From positions 62,001-91,834 of the forward strand of contig KZ538252.1 of NCBI GenBank assembly GCA_000934665.2: a DNA stretch of 29,834 nucleotides. Direction: 5' to 3'. Both the position numbers and the translations under genes were made by a program. The notes beneath the pieces are model-generated. The model made no database searches. It was not told the DNA's origin and saw only the letters and a program-made list of their open reading frames with translations. The DNA is from Catajapyx aquilonaris. Lineage: Eukaryota. Numbering within the stretch: the stretch's first letter is position 1; every line of letters starts with the position of its first letter. Of the stretch, positions 1-11,300 are shown one piece after another.

Positions 1-410
1 TGATTATTGTTGTATGATGCAGCCTCAGACTCTCCACCATTTCATTTTCGAGTGTCCAGTTTTCAATGGGCCCAGGGAGCGTTACCTAACAGACTTGCCC
101 CATTCCCCTCCAGATCGCTTGCTATGGTCCTTCGCAAATATAACAAAGGATCAGGCCTTCAATGTTTTTTTCTTTTTTTAAACGGCCCTCCGTATACAAG
201 AATTATGTCAAAATTGATTATTGGATAATATATTTCATGTATTTTGGTATGGCTTGCTGTGCACGGTAATATTGATGACAATGCTATTTGTATGTAGGGA
301 GCAGGATTCCCCCAAAGACCCCGCAAGGGGTGGCACGGGGTAATTGGAAAAAAAAAAAGGCATACAGTAACTGTTCATTGCAAGCTGTTCTCATCCCAAA
401 ATTTTTCCAG

Positions 411-1119
411 ATTGACAGCCATGAAAGTAGCCCAAGTGTGGAAGGAGTTGAGAAACCAACGTCTGGCAGTAAGAAAAAGGGTGCCCCAGCCTCCGTCACA
501 CCGGCAGTGGAGAAGGACCCTGAGTTCTTCGATCGCATAGCTGACGAAGCAAAAGCGGCTGTGCGCCAAGAGAAGGAACGTGAGGAGAAGAAGGAGGCGA
601 CCAGGCGGAGGGACAAGTACATCCCTGAGCTGATCAAGATGAATCGTTTCGAGGAGGAGCTCAAGGCCAAGGAGGAAGAGTGCAGGTTTCTAAGGAAGGA
701 GGTGGAGAAGCTCCGAGTAGACTTGCAAAATGTCAAAACTAGGAACAAAAAGCTCTGCAACATTCTGGCACAGGGAGAGAGTGAGTCTGCCCTTTCGAGG
801 ATCTCCCCATAATTTCTAACATTGTCCGGGATGCTAATGCCGTTTCGTTTATTTCTGATTCAGTGCGAGACAAGGCTGAAGTAATCGTGGAGATGGAGAG
901 GTTAAGGAAGGTGAAAGACGAACTGACTGAGGAGGTAAGCAGTCTCTCCGGCCAGCTAGAACAGGAGCGGTCAAAGGTCAGCAACCTCACATCAGAGCTC
1001 AAGAAGAATCAAGTAAGCACACGTTCGTTACTTCTCACAGGGAATTAATATCGGACAGCTGTTATACCAAGTGCATCTTTCCGCAGGGCAAGAAGAAGAA
1101 CAACTCTTCAAACGACTGA
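411..1119 (+). CDS. GKAP1: G kinase-anchoring protein 1, last three coding exons (5' part lies upstream of the window)
   Basis: Exons 411-780, 864-1012, 1087-1119 joined by GT-AG introns give ...VKTRNKKLCNILAQGEMRDKAEVIVEMERLRKVKDELTEEVSSLSGQLEQERSKVSNLTSELKKNQGKKKNNSSND*. This matches the remembered GKAP1 C-terminal coiled coil (VKARN...GEMKDKAEIL...LEQERSKV). Confidence 0.88.
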
Positions 1120-2043
1120 ACTGTTTCACCCGATGTCATAAGGTCGGATTTATTTTTTCAACATTAACATGATAGCAGTGGTGCTACTGTGTCGAATATG
1201 ATGAATTTTTTTGTCCACTTTATGGGTCATGCACATCATGATTTTGGCTTTCTTGTTCTTTATTTTTACTCCGCTGTTACGTAGGATGTGGGAGAAGCTA
1301 CCTCAGTCACTTTGAGATGTGCAGGGCCGTCGTATTACTTAATTATTGGGTGAAGGGAAGGGGGGAGGCGGGTGACATGGTTGCATTTCAATTACTGTTT
1401 ACGTTCGTTGTTGATCTGTGATTTTTACATTTTTTAAATTTGTACTTTGCCTTATTCTGTTAGAGACATTGCTAGACTGTAAGAATTGTTTGTTAGAATT
1501 TTTTTTATTAAGTTTCGTTAGATTCACAGTTTTGTTCACGAGAGGCTTAAGAGCAAGACTGAAACTTTTTTTCGTTCCGATACTTGAAAGGCGAATGAGA
1601 GTGTGAACGTGCCAAATTTTTTTTTCCCCTTAGAAGTTGATGCCCACTGACGAAGCAACAGCAGGTGCGCGAGCCATTGATGATAAAACTAGTTTAAAAG
1701 CTGTATCGGTTGTTTTGCAAGAGACACAAAATCTTCCAAACTTATCTAGTAGTTGTGACGAGAAGTTTGAAGACTGTAATTTAGAGTTTCAGAGCACAGG
1801 TAGTGTTACTGATAGTTGCGATTGAGCAGAAGGGAGGTGCCAGAGTGGTGTACAAAATGAGAAAGAGTCAGAAGAGGGCATCTACTTTTGTACCTCTGTG
1901 TGTTGCGCTTTGTAAAAGGGCAAAGTAAAGCATTTGAAATAATAACTTGTGCGGTTCATTTATTCCTTCCTTGCCGCTACGTACTTAGAAAAACCAGTTG
2001 CTGTGTAGGCTGTAATTTTTTTTTCGCTTTATTAAAATGGAGC

Positions 2044-4701
2044 TTACACAGCATAGATTGAGTCGATGATGTCTGCAAATTTCTTTTCCACGATGTGTCT
2101 TCGTAGCTTGAAAGTAGGACCTGCAATGGTGGCGTATCATACACTGTGCATGTAGTATCTAACAGCGGACAGATTGTGTTAAAATGAGAACTCACTTAGT
2201 TCACCGTCAGCCATGCTGAGATCTTTGGGCAAAATGGCCCACTTCTGCACTTTCTGCGCACTTGATATGGCGTTTTTATTGACCTTGTTTATACCCTCTT
2301 GAATGGCAGCCGTCACCTGTTGCCAAAAGATACTGCCAGTTAGCAGCATGAGATGAACGGACATGTACACTCACCTTTGGGTCTTGATTCTGTAGTAGTT
2401 CCGTAATTGTTTTGGCCGATGCGCCGATACTCTGCATCCATGCTTGAACCCCATCACTTAGGGTGTCTTTGGTCTCATCAGGGCCGGGATTAATCTTAGT
2501 CTGCAATGAACATTGATAACAGAAGTGTTCAAGTATTGCAGCACTTGACTTACATTGAGGGCCAAAAGGACGCTGAGGAATTTCTTCTTGTCACCAATCA
2601 GGACAACCTGGCTCAAACATGGAAGCTCTTTCTTGATGGACAGTTCAATCAGAGGTGCTGGAATGTTCTCTCCACCAGCAGTGATCAGAATCTCCTTGAT
2701 CCGGCCCGTTATTGTCAAGTAGCCGAAATCGTCCAACTTTGCGACATCCCCAGAGTGCAGATATCCGTCGTCATCCAGTGTGTCCTTGGTTGCCTCTTCG
2801 TTGTTCAGGTATCCCATGAAGACATTACGACCCCAAACACACATCTGCCCAGTTGATTTAATGTTAATGAATTACCGCTCACAAGCACGTTGAAGCTAGT
2901 ACTGACCTCTCCATTTCCGTCACTGTCCGGTTGATCAATCTTGACTTTGACGCCAAGTATTGGCTTTCCGACTGAACCCATTCGAAACAGCTCCTTATTC
3001 GCACATATGCAGGGTCCGCTTGACTCGCTCATCCCGAAAGTCTGCCGATTGCAAATCATTAATTTATAATCATTTGCACATGACATGTATTTTTACCTCC
3101 ATTAGGGGCATATCGAGACTGGCGAAATGTTGCATGACCTCCTTCGAAAGAGGGGCAGCACCGGTTGCTAGTAACGCCCGATCCAGTCCAATTTCCTGCT
3201 TAATTTTTTGCAAAATGAGCCAGCTGGCCAGTCCATAACCAAACGGTGTTGTCTCATTGCTGTGTTGAACAGGATAAATTTGTACCAGTTGACTACATAG
3301 TGTATGCTGTATGTTACGTACCCGCTCATTTTCCTCTGAGTGTTCTCCCATCCCAATCCTTTGGCCCAGTTGAGCAGTATTCTCTGGATGGTCGAAGCCG
3401 ACTGTTCCCTTTCGGTCATCTTTTCATATATTTTCTCCCATATGCGTGGCACTCCTAGGAAGAAGGTGGGACGTACCTCACGCAAGGTCGTCAACAAACT
3501 GCCCTGTAAAATAACATGGCATTGTTGTAACAAACTAACTGTAGTACACAGTTTCAGCTTACCTTGAGGGCATCTTTGGCTGCAAAGTACACTGCGGCAC
3601 CATTATAAATAGGAAGGTAGATATCTGCAAACTATAAGAAAGCACGATTATTTACAAATAATCATGGAGAGGATCAGCCCTCACCTGAGCAGCAATGTGG
3701 CTGAGAGGAAGGTAGCTGATGATGACCTGCTCCTGATCGCTTGTGATTCCATGATGGTGACTGAAAGATTCGCTCACTGCGGTCAGGTTGTCATGACTTA
3801 ACATCACTGCTTTGGGCAGACCTGTGGTTCCCGACTGTAAGAAAGAGTGGTCACCATAATGCTGGACACAACCTGAACGTTGTCGGACGTACAGTGTAAA
3901 CCAGCACGCAGCACTGATTGACCGCAATTTGCTTCAAGCGAGAGTCCACTAGTGAGTCCGGCTGCTGCAACCCTATCTCCATCAGTTGGCTCCACTGAAA
4001 TTGGTGATAAGTCCGTTTGCACTTTGCACAGCTCAAGGTAAGGTTACGTGTCAACTTACGCTGTAAACCCCTTCCACCGTTGGCTCCCCAGCGTACTGTA
4101 TAATAGCCTTCAGATTTGGAAGCTTGGACTTGAGCGGAATGATCTTGTCCAACTGCTTCTGGTCCTCAACCAGGATGATCTTGGTGTCACTGTTGTCTAA
4201 GCAGTGTAAGCATGCGTCTGAGGTGTTGGTTGGGTAAATCCCATACGCAATTCCTCTGCAATTTTGGTAATTAAATGTCTGTTTTCAGATATATCCGCAT
4301 AGGACTTACCCTGCAAAGATGGCTCCCATGTCCGCTATAAACCACTCGGGACTGTTGGCCCCCAGAATGGCCACAGCGTCCAGCCTCTCAAGTCCCAAGT
4401 GGACAAAAGCCTTAGCGCATGTCCTCACATCCTTCAAGTACTGGGTGTAATTCCACTTGACCCAATCGCCATCTCGTTGGACAGCCATGGCCAATCTGTC
4501 TGGATACTTCTCCGTGGTTTGTATCAGAGTTGTTGGGACAGACACGCACTTGGGATTGTCCGAATCGGACCGGATTTTGACTGCACCATCTCTGGTCCAT
4601 GCTCGTAGGGATTCAGCAGGGATTAGACGATCAGGACCATTGTCGCTGATATCCTGTACCTGAGGGACCTCCTCACTTGGGATCTCCTGGTTGTTCATCA
4701 T
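2044..4701 (-). CDS. ACSBG: Long/very-long-chain fatty-acid--CoA ligase, bubblegum (ACSBG) family, paralog A, ~667 aa
   Basis: 12 exons: 4310-4701, 4060-4255, 3893-3994, 3685-3834, 3563-3631, 3322-3503, 3097-3259, 2907-3041, 2554-2844, 2375-2500, 2196-2316, 2044-2120. They total 2004 nt, in frame, all GT-AG. Motifs: [67 protein letters not shown]. Confidence 0.93.
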
Positions 4702-5150
4702 TCTGAAAATCACTGCTTCCTATCCAGTGGTTACAGTTGAAAGAGGGGCACACACAATCGGTAGTCCCTTGCTACCTTCTTTTATCATGATCGCTTATCA
4801 CCAGCCGATGGAGATTCCCAGGGAACCATGGTACCCATCTCACTCATTGTGCCCACACACTGGGCACGTTTGAGATAAGATAGTTTCATCTTATCCTGTT
4901 GTCCGCTGGCCATGACCCACATTATGTGACACTTATTAATTAATAAACAAAATCCAGTCAGTTTCTGTCAAGATTGTTGAATTTCCATAGAAACATTGTA
5001 ATGAGCAAGTTTTTTTGATTCTGACTGCTTGCGGATACATCTTTAGTGTCTGTTCCGGACTGTGAAACAGGAGCTTTTCTGTAAGTTCTGAAGCCCCAAT
5101 CACTGCTGTTCTTCGGTAATGATGTGAACCCTTTGCAGCAAAATCGAGAG

Positions 5151-5827
5151 ATGTCGGGATGTTCGTGCCGTGACATTCCAGTCAATCAGGACAGCTTCAG
5201 CATCATTGACCAGGAGTTCAACAACATGCATGAGCTGTTTGAGGACCACATGAAAAAGATGCATGAGGAAATGGTACGTTTCATGTCCACAGCCATGGAG
5301 TGCTGCGAACCCTTGTCGCTTGATAGTAGCAGTGACAGCTGCTGCGATGATGGCTGCATCACTGAGCCGTCATCGGCCATGGCACCACGAAAGTTAGTGT
5401 TGCATGTAATATAATCATAGATACTCTTCATGACTAACAATATAGTTCCTTTAGCACTCCCACCAACAATGGTCTGGGGTTTCCATGCCCCCATCTGAAC
5501 ACCGTGGACTTTCCATCCATCATTCAGGAAGACGCAGGAGAAAAGAAGCTGAAGCTGCGGTTTGACCTGAGCGAGTACTCGCAAGAGGAGATTGCCGTCA
5601 AAGCAGAGGACAACCTGATCGTGATACGTGCCAAGAAGGACAAGAAGACGGAGAACAAATCAACACATAAAGAGTTCCACTACCAGTTCACACTTCCTGA
5701 AGGGGTCGATCCGGGTGCGGTCAGCTCCTCACTCTCCACGGATGGAGTCCTGACTGTCGAGGCTACTTTCTCCATAACAGGCATGGACAACCTTGCCATC
5801 GCTCAAAATTGTACCTGTGAATTCTAA
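5151..5827 (+). CDS. Small heat-shock protein (alpha-crystallin domain), Hsp21.4/CG14207-like, Cys-rich, ~204 aa
   Basis: Exons 5151-5392 and 5455-5827 (an in-frame alternative acceptor would start at 5446); likely 5'UTR intron 5081-5138. N-terminus RDIPVNQDSFSIIDQEFNNMHELFEDHMKKMHEEM resembles arthropod Hsp21.4. Crystallin domain: LKLRFDLSEYSQEEIAVK...FTLPEGVDPGAVSSSLSTDGVLTVEA. ATTAAA at 5835-5840. Confidence 0.9.
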
Positions 5828-5902
5828 TCTATGAATTAAACCAGCGGTTTTTCCCAAACCAGTTTTACTCTCAAAACAGTAAGTCCGACTCTCAGACAAG
5901 TA

Positions 5903-6243
5903 CAGTGCTGGACATAATAGCCGTCGCTGAATGTTTTTTTCCCGTCGGCGACGGCGCTGCGTAACCTGGCAACCCCATCCGGCGGGCCAATTCAAACATC
6001 AGCCCATGGAGAGCGCTTCCATTGTTGCCACTGTTTACAAATCGAGTGAGTGACGCGGACGACCCAGCGACGGGTCTCTTCTGCCTGCGCACTCACTCAC
6101 TCGATTTGTAAACAGTGGCAACAATGGAAGCGCTCTCCATGGGCTGAGGTTTGAATTGGCCCGCCGGACAGGGTTTCCAGGTAACGCCGTCGCCGCAGCC
6201 GCCGGAAAAAAACATTCAGCGACGGCTAATATGTCCAGCACTG
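5903..6243. mobile_element. Tc1/mariner-type MITE with ~150-bp inverted arms
   Basis: Starts CAGTGCTGGACATA and ends TATGTCCAGCACTG, flanked by TA at 5901-5902 and 6244-6245. The arms are nearly complementary over most of the element. Confidence 0.88.
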
Positions 6244-6509
6244 TACCGGTATGTTATCAGTAACAAATATTGCAATAGAAATTACATAAGCGATAGTAGA
6301 GATATGTGCCACACTACATAGTACTATTTGTTTACCTGCAAAAGAATTTATCAAGTTGAAAGGTCAACTCGTACAAACTTGTCAGAGCACTCTCCGAAAA
6401 TAGCAATCCCCCCCCCATTCAAACCAACATTATGAAACCTTTTGCGAGGCAGTGCGCACAACCTGACCTGAAGGCACAGAGGTATTGCATCATAACAACC
6501 TTAACGACC

Positions 6510-9289
6510 TTAGTCCGGGTAGAAGGAATCAATCATCTGAGCATACTTGCTCATCACCTTGCTTCTCTTCACCTTCATTGTTGGTCCTAAAATAGGTTTG
6601 GTTTTAGATGATTGATAGTACTGGGTGTGGTATACAACACTTACCTAATTCGCCACCGGGTATTGAGAGATCCCTGGGCAGGATGGCCCACTTCTTGATT
6701 CTCTGAGGGTTGGACGTCGCGTTTTGATTGGCCCTGTCTATTCCGCTCTGGATCCCGAGATACACCTGTGAACATACCGTACTTGCAATAAGCAGATCAA
6801 CCTGTATCCACCTGATCTGGCACCTTCTCATCCTTGTCCCTCAGTATCTGAGACAGTGTGGTGGCCTGGCTCCCCACCTCCCTGCACCAGTTCAAAGCCA
6901 TGGGTTCCAGCTGATCCATAGGTTCACCTGTGGCCGGATCCATCTCGGTCTGCAAATGTACCTGTCACTACCCCGCACCATTCTTGTTCAACTCATGCCG
7001 AATCATGCCTTACCCGGAGTGTCAGAAGAGCTGATATGAACTTCTTCCTATCGCCTAGAAGCACCGCATGATGAACACAGGGCAGCTGTGCTTTGACCTG
7101 GTTCTCAATCAGAACAGGAGGTATGTTCTCTCCTCCTGCTGTGATGATCAGCTCCTGCAGTGACCACATTGCCGTTGAAAGAAAGTGGTGTGACACCCAT
7201 CATGAATCGGTCATACCTTGATCCGTCCTGTGATGTGCAGATACCCATCAGCATCCGTCTTGCCCACATCCCCTGAATGAAGCCATCCATCTGCGTCAAT
7301 GGCCTCTGCCGTCTTGTCAGGCATGGCCATGTACCCCATGAAGATGTTGCGTCCCGACATGCATATCTGAAATCACAAACTTCATATCTTCAACAGGAAC
7401 CTTTGTGAGCAGAGTCCTGACCTCTCCATCTCCACTAGCATCCGGCTGATGGATCCTGATCTGACATCCTGGCATGGGTCTCCCGACACTCCCAAGACGG
7501 AACTCCGCTGTCTTGGACAGGCAGTGAGGACCGCAGCACTCGCTCATACCGAATGTCTCCAGGATGGGTATGTCCAGTCGGGCGAAGAACTCCAGTGTCT
7601 CCCAGGCCACAGGAGCTGCACCAGAAGCACAGGCCATCAGTCTGTCGAACCCAAGGGCTTGACGCACCTTCTTGAAGACCAGAGCGTTGGCAATCACATA
7701 ACCCAACGGAACACGGGTGTCGCTGTAACAACCTTTTGTTGTAAGACCGAATCTCTTTGTAACTACAATGGACTTACCCTTCCATCAACCGGCAGACGTG
7801 CTCCCAACCACATCCTTTGGCCCATTGAACCAGCATCTTCTTCAACCCTTTGTTCTTCTTCCCTGCTTCTTGCATCTTCTCCACAATCTTCTCCCAGACT
7901 CGAGGCACTCCGAGGAGCCACATAGGACGTGCTTCCTTCAGAGTTCCCAACAATGTGCCCTAAATGGAAACAATGAAGATTTCTAAAGGATTCGTTGAAG
8001 ATTTGTGGAGTGTGTGATGAAGACTTATGGAGAACTTGTGGACTACGATGGATTTGAACTAATCCAGAGAGGTTTTGTAGATGATTTGTGAATAATTAAT
8101 TGATGTACTCTATTTTTTTTTATAGATTGAGGATTTTTGTGGATGATCAGGACACGATGTGTGATTGACCCTACTGACCCTGAGTGCATCCTTATCTCCG
8201 AAGTACACCGTGGATTTGGCATTCATCATGCAAAATACGTCCACCAGCTGTGCAGCTACGTGACTCAGAGGGAGGTAACTGACGTATGTCTGGTTCGGAA
8301 TGTTCATCTCCATCCGGTCAGCCACAGCATACCCTGTCCAGGTCAGGTTGTCGTGGTTCAGCATCGCACCTTTTGGAGGACCCGTCGTTCCTGACTGTAA
8401 TAAGTTCATCAGGAAGTGTTGTGGATGGATGTACTATTGTCAGGTATTACCGTGTACACAATGGCGCAGCACTGGTTGATCACGATTCGCTTCAGACGAT
8501 CGTTCAGGATGTCATCAGATTGCTGCGTACCAAGGTACATCAGCTGGGACCACTGTGAAGAGACATTGTCAACAAAGAAAATGTTCCCACCCAAGACGAA
8601 AGTGGTGTTACCGTGAGGACGTTGTCTTCCTGTGGCTTTCCTGTGTACTGCACTATGGCCTTCAAGTACGGCAACTTGGATTTGACCTGCAGAATCTTCA
8701 TGAGTTGCTCGTGGTCCTCCACCACAGCAATGTTGGCTCGACTGTCCTCCAGGCAGTAGTAGCATGCTTCTGCAGAGTTGGTGGTGTACACCCCCAAAGC
8801 AATACCACCTGCGTAGATGGCAGCCACATCCGAGAAGAACCATTCTGGAGCATTGGTACCGATGATGGCCACCGAGTGGTTCCTCTCCAGACCCAGATGG
8901 ATGAAGGCCTTGGCGCAGGTCCTGACCTCCCTCAGGTACTGGGCATAAGTCCACTCGACCCAAGCACCGTCCCGTTTGACCATCAGTGCAGGGTGGTTCG
9001 GCACCTCCTGTGCTGTCCTCTCCAGAAGGGAAGGTACGGAGATGGGTTTACGAGACGCTGCTCCGTTGTCCTCCAGACGAAGAGTCACTGCTCCTTCGGG
9101 ATGGCAAGTCCATCGTGTGCTTGATGGCAACAGTTGGTCTGGTCCTGCAACAAGTACACATGCATACACCTGTTGCATGGTACACACAATCGAAATATTG
9201 TTGAACAACAACTGACCATCCAGATATTCCCGATCCGTCCTCTTCCACTCCAGACCAGGGTCATCCTCCAACCTCTTCAACTTGTCCAT
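6510..9289 (-). CDS. ACSBG: Long/very-long-chain fatty-acid--CoA ligase, bubblegum (ACSBG) family, paralog B, ~673 aa
   Basis: 11 exons: 9217-9289, 8612-9144, 8451-8552, 8179-8394, 7778-7959, 7422-7722, 7217-7366, 7014-7154, 6824-6949, 6645-6765, 6510-6586. They total 2022 nt, in frame. Motifs: [72 protein letters not shown]. The start codon is tentative because an acceptor-like site lies just upstream at ~9296. Confidence 0.92.
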
Positions 9290-9570
9290 TCTTTCCTGGA
9301 AGGTTCCCCGCTCACTGTCAACACTATATGTGAGGGTGAGGGTAAAAATCCCCCCGAGACCCAATTAGAATAGAGCATAGATTATTATAATTGAAGGAGG
9401 GGGCTGTTGAGAGCAAGGTTGACTCATGATGGGGGTCAATATGGAGGAATTGATTAAAATGGGGTAACAATGCGGGACACGTTCAGAATGACATGTGACT
9501 AAGTAGGGAGGGGTCGTGGGAAGCAGGCAGGGTTTTGATCGTAGCATATTCTGAGACATGATATGGTATA

Positions 9571-10609
9571 ACGGTGTCCTGATTATCCGAACACTGGGAA
9601 AATAATTTTCTTCGATATGCCATCACCCCATAAGAAAATAATTATATTACGGGAGTTTGGATAATCGAGAAAATTATTTTCCTAGTGTTACGATAATTTA
9701 GTTTAAATTTTTTTTCGATATGTGTTCCCAATGTTCCCATTTTTAAAAAAAATAATTTTCTCAATTATTCGAACTCCCATAAGAAAATAATTTTCTCTAT
9801 TATCCGAACTCCCATAAGCCATATGAAAATAATATTTCCAATTATCCGAACACTAGGAAAATAATTCTCGTTATTCGACCACTATAAGAAAATAATTTTT
9901 CCGACTATCCGACCACCCAAAATAGTTTTCTCGATTATCCGAACACTATATAGAAAAGTAATTTTCTCGATTATGTTAACTCTCCATAAGAAAATAAATT
10001 TATCCTGATTATCCGACCACTATAGAAAAATAATTTTCTCGATTATGTTAACTCTCCATAAGAAAATACAGTAATTTATCATGATTATCCGAACACTACG
10101 GAAATAATTATCTGGATTATCCGAACACTAGGAAAAATAATTACCGATTATCCGAACACTATAGAAAAATAATTTTCTCGATTATTTTAACTCCCATACG
10201 AAAATAATTTATCCTGATTATCCGAACACTAGGGAAATAAATTATCTGGATTATCCGAACACTAGGGAAAATAATAACCGATTATCCGAACACTGTAGAA
10301 AAATAATTTTCTCGATTATGTTAACTCCCATATGAAAATAATTTATCCTGATTATCCGAACACTACGGAAATAATTATCTGGATTATCCGAACACTAGGG
10401 AAAATCATGACCGATTATTCGAACACTATAGGAAAATAATTTTCTTGATTATTCGAGCTCCAATTACAAAATAATTTTTCCCGATTACACGAACACTACA
10501 AAAACTATTTTCTCGATTACCTGAACTTCCCATAAGAAAAATAATTTTCCCACATATCCGACCACACAACTCGATTATCCGAACAGTCGGATAATCGAGA
10601 CTCCACCGG
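9571..10609. repeat. ~1-kb tandem array of GATTATCCGAACACTA..GAAAATAATT units ending in a pogo/Tigger-like terminal repeat
   Basis: More than a dozen ATTATCCGA-type units about 27-35 bp apart, with a ~134-bp higher-order period (TCTGGATTATCC at 10111, 10245, 10378). The right end reads TA-CCGGTGGAGTCTCGATTATCCGA on the minus strand. Confidence 0.8.
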
Positions 10610-11240
10610 TATGACACCACATTAGGACGAAAGGCAATGCCGGGCCGTCCTCCGTAAACATTAAATTAAATTTTTAAAAATAAATATAAAAATTTAAATG
10701 TATGACACCACCTTGTGTCTCACAAGTCAGAGTGCAACAACCCATTTTGCTATGTACGTGCTTCAAACTAAAACTAACCTGTGTGAAATAGATGTGTGTG
10801 TCTATCGTAGTGTATGTTCCTGGGAATGGGCGAGCATGTCTGTCCTGGGTGGCGTGAGGGGAGCAAAAGGGGGAAGGGGGGAAGGGGGGGGGGGTGTCTA
10901 TTGATCCACTCAGAGAGAGGTTGCTAGGGGTGGTGCGTTGCACTTAATAAATACATACGAGGGTGAGGGTTACTGGCGGCATATGTGAGTGAGTGAACCA
11001 CACATGTGTGTGAGAGAGAGACAGGAAATATTCAAGGACAAGCAAGGCAGTCTGAGCTATGCATAGCACTTAAGCCTATAGGGATTATGTGATTGGACAT
11101 GTGTCGTGGGGAATTTAATCGCCTTTACTTGGAACATATAAAGCAGGACACCAGGCCGGGTTATTGCGTTCTCTTCTCATTATAATAAAATATGTAAATA
11201 TTTCATAATATGGAATCGGAAAACGGGTCATGTTACATCA

Positions 11241-11300
11241 AAAAAGTAAAAGGTAAAGTAAAAGTAAGGTAAAAGTAAACGGTAAAGTAAAAGTAAAAAA
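11241..11300. repeat. Degenerate (AAAAGT/AAAGGT)n microsatellite
   Basis: aaaaagtaaaaggtaaagtaaaagtaaggtaaaagtaaacggtaaagtaaaagtaaaaaa is seen directly. Confidence 0.8.

Noticed and set aside
284..763. 159-aa minus-strand ORF, and similar antisense ORFs over ACSBG, arrestin and SKA1
   Set aside because: Shadows of real coding exons on the opposite strand; no independent motifs.
4978..4995. Heat-shock element upstream of the sHSP
   Set aside because: GAATTTCCATAGAA does not fit the nGAAnnTTCnnGAAn spacing.
7778..7959. Suspected frameshift in the ACSBG-B exon not shown in the ORF track
   Set aside because: Re-reading gives an open 182-nt exon (GTLLGTLKEARP...WAKGCGWEHVCRLMEG), the same length as in paralog A.
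9571..10609. CRISPR-like array of short repeats
   Set aside because: Intervening sequences are themselves repetitive, there are no unique spacers or cas genes, and the context is eukaryotic.
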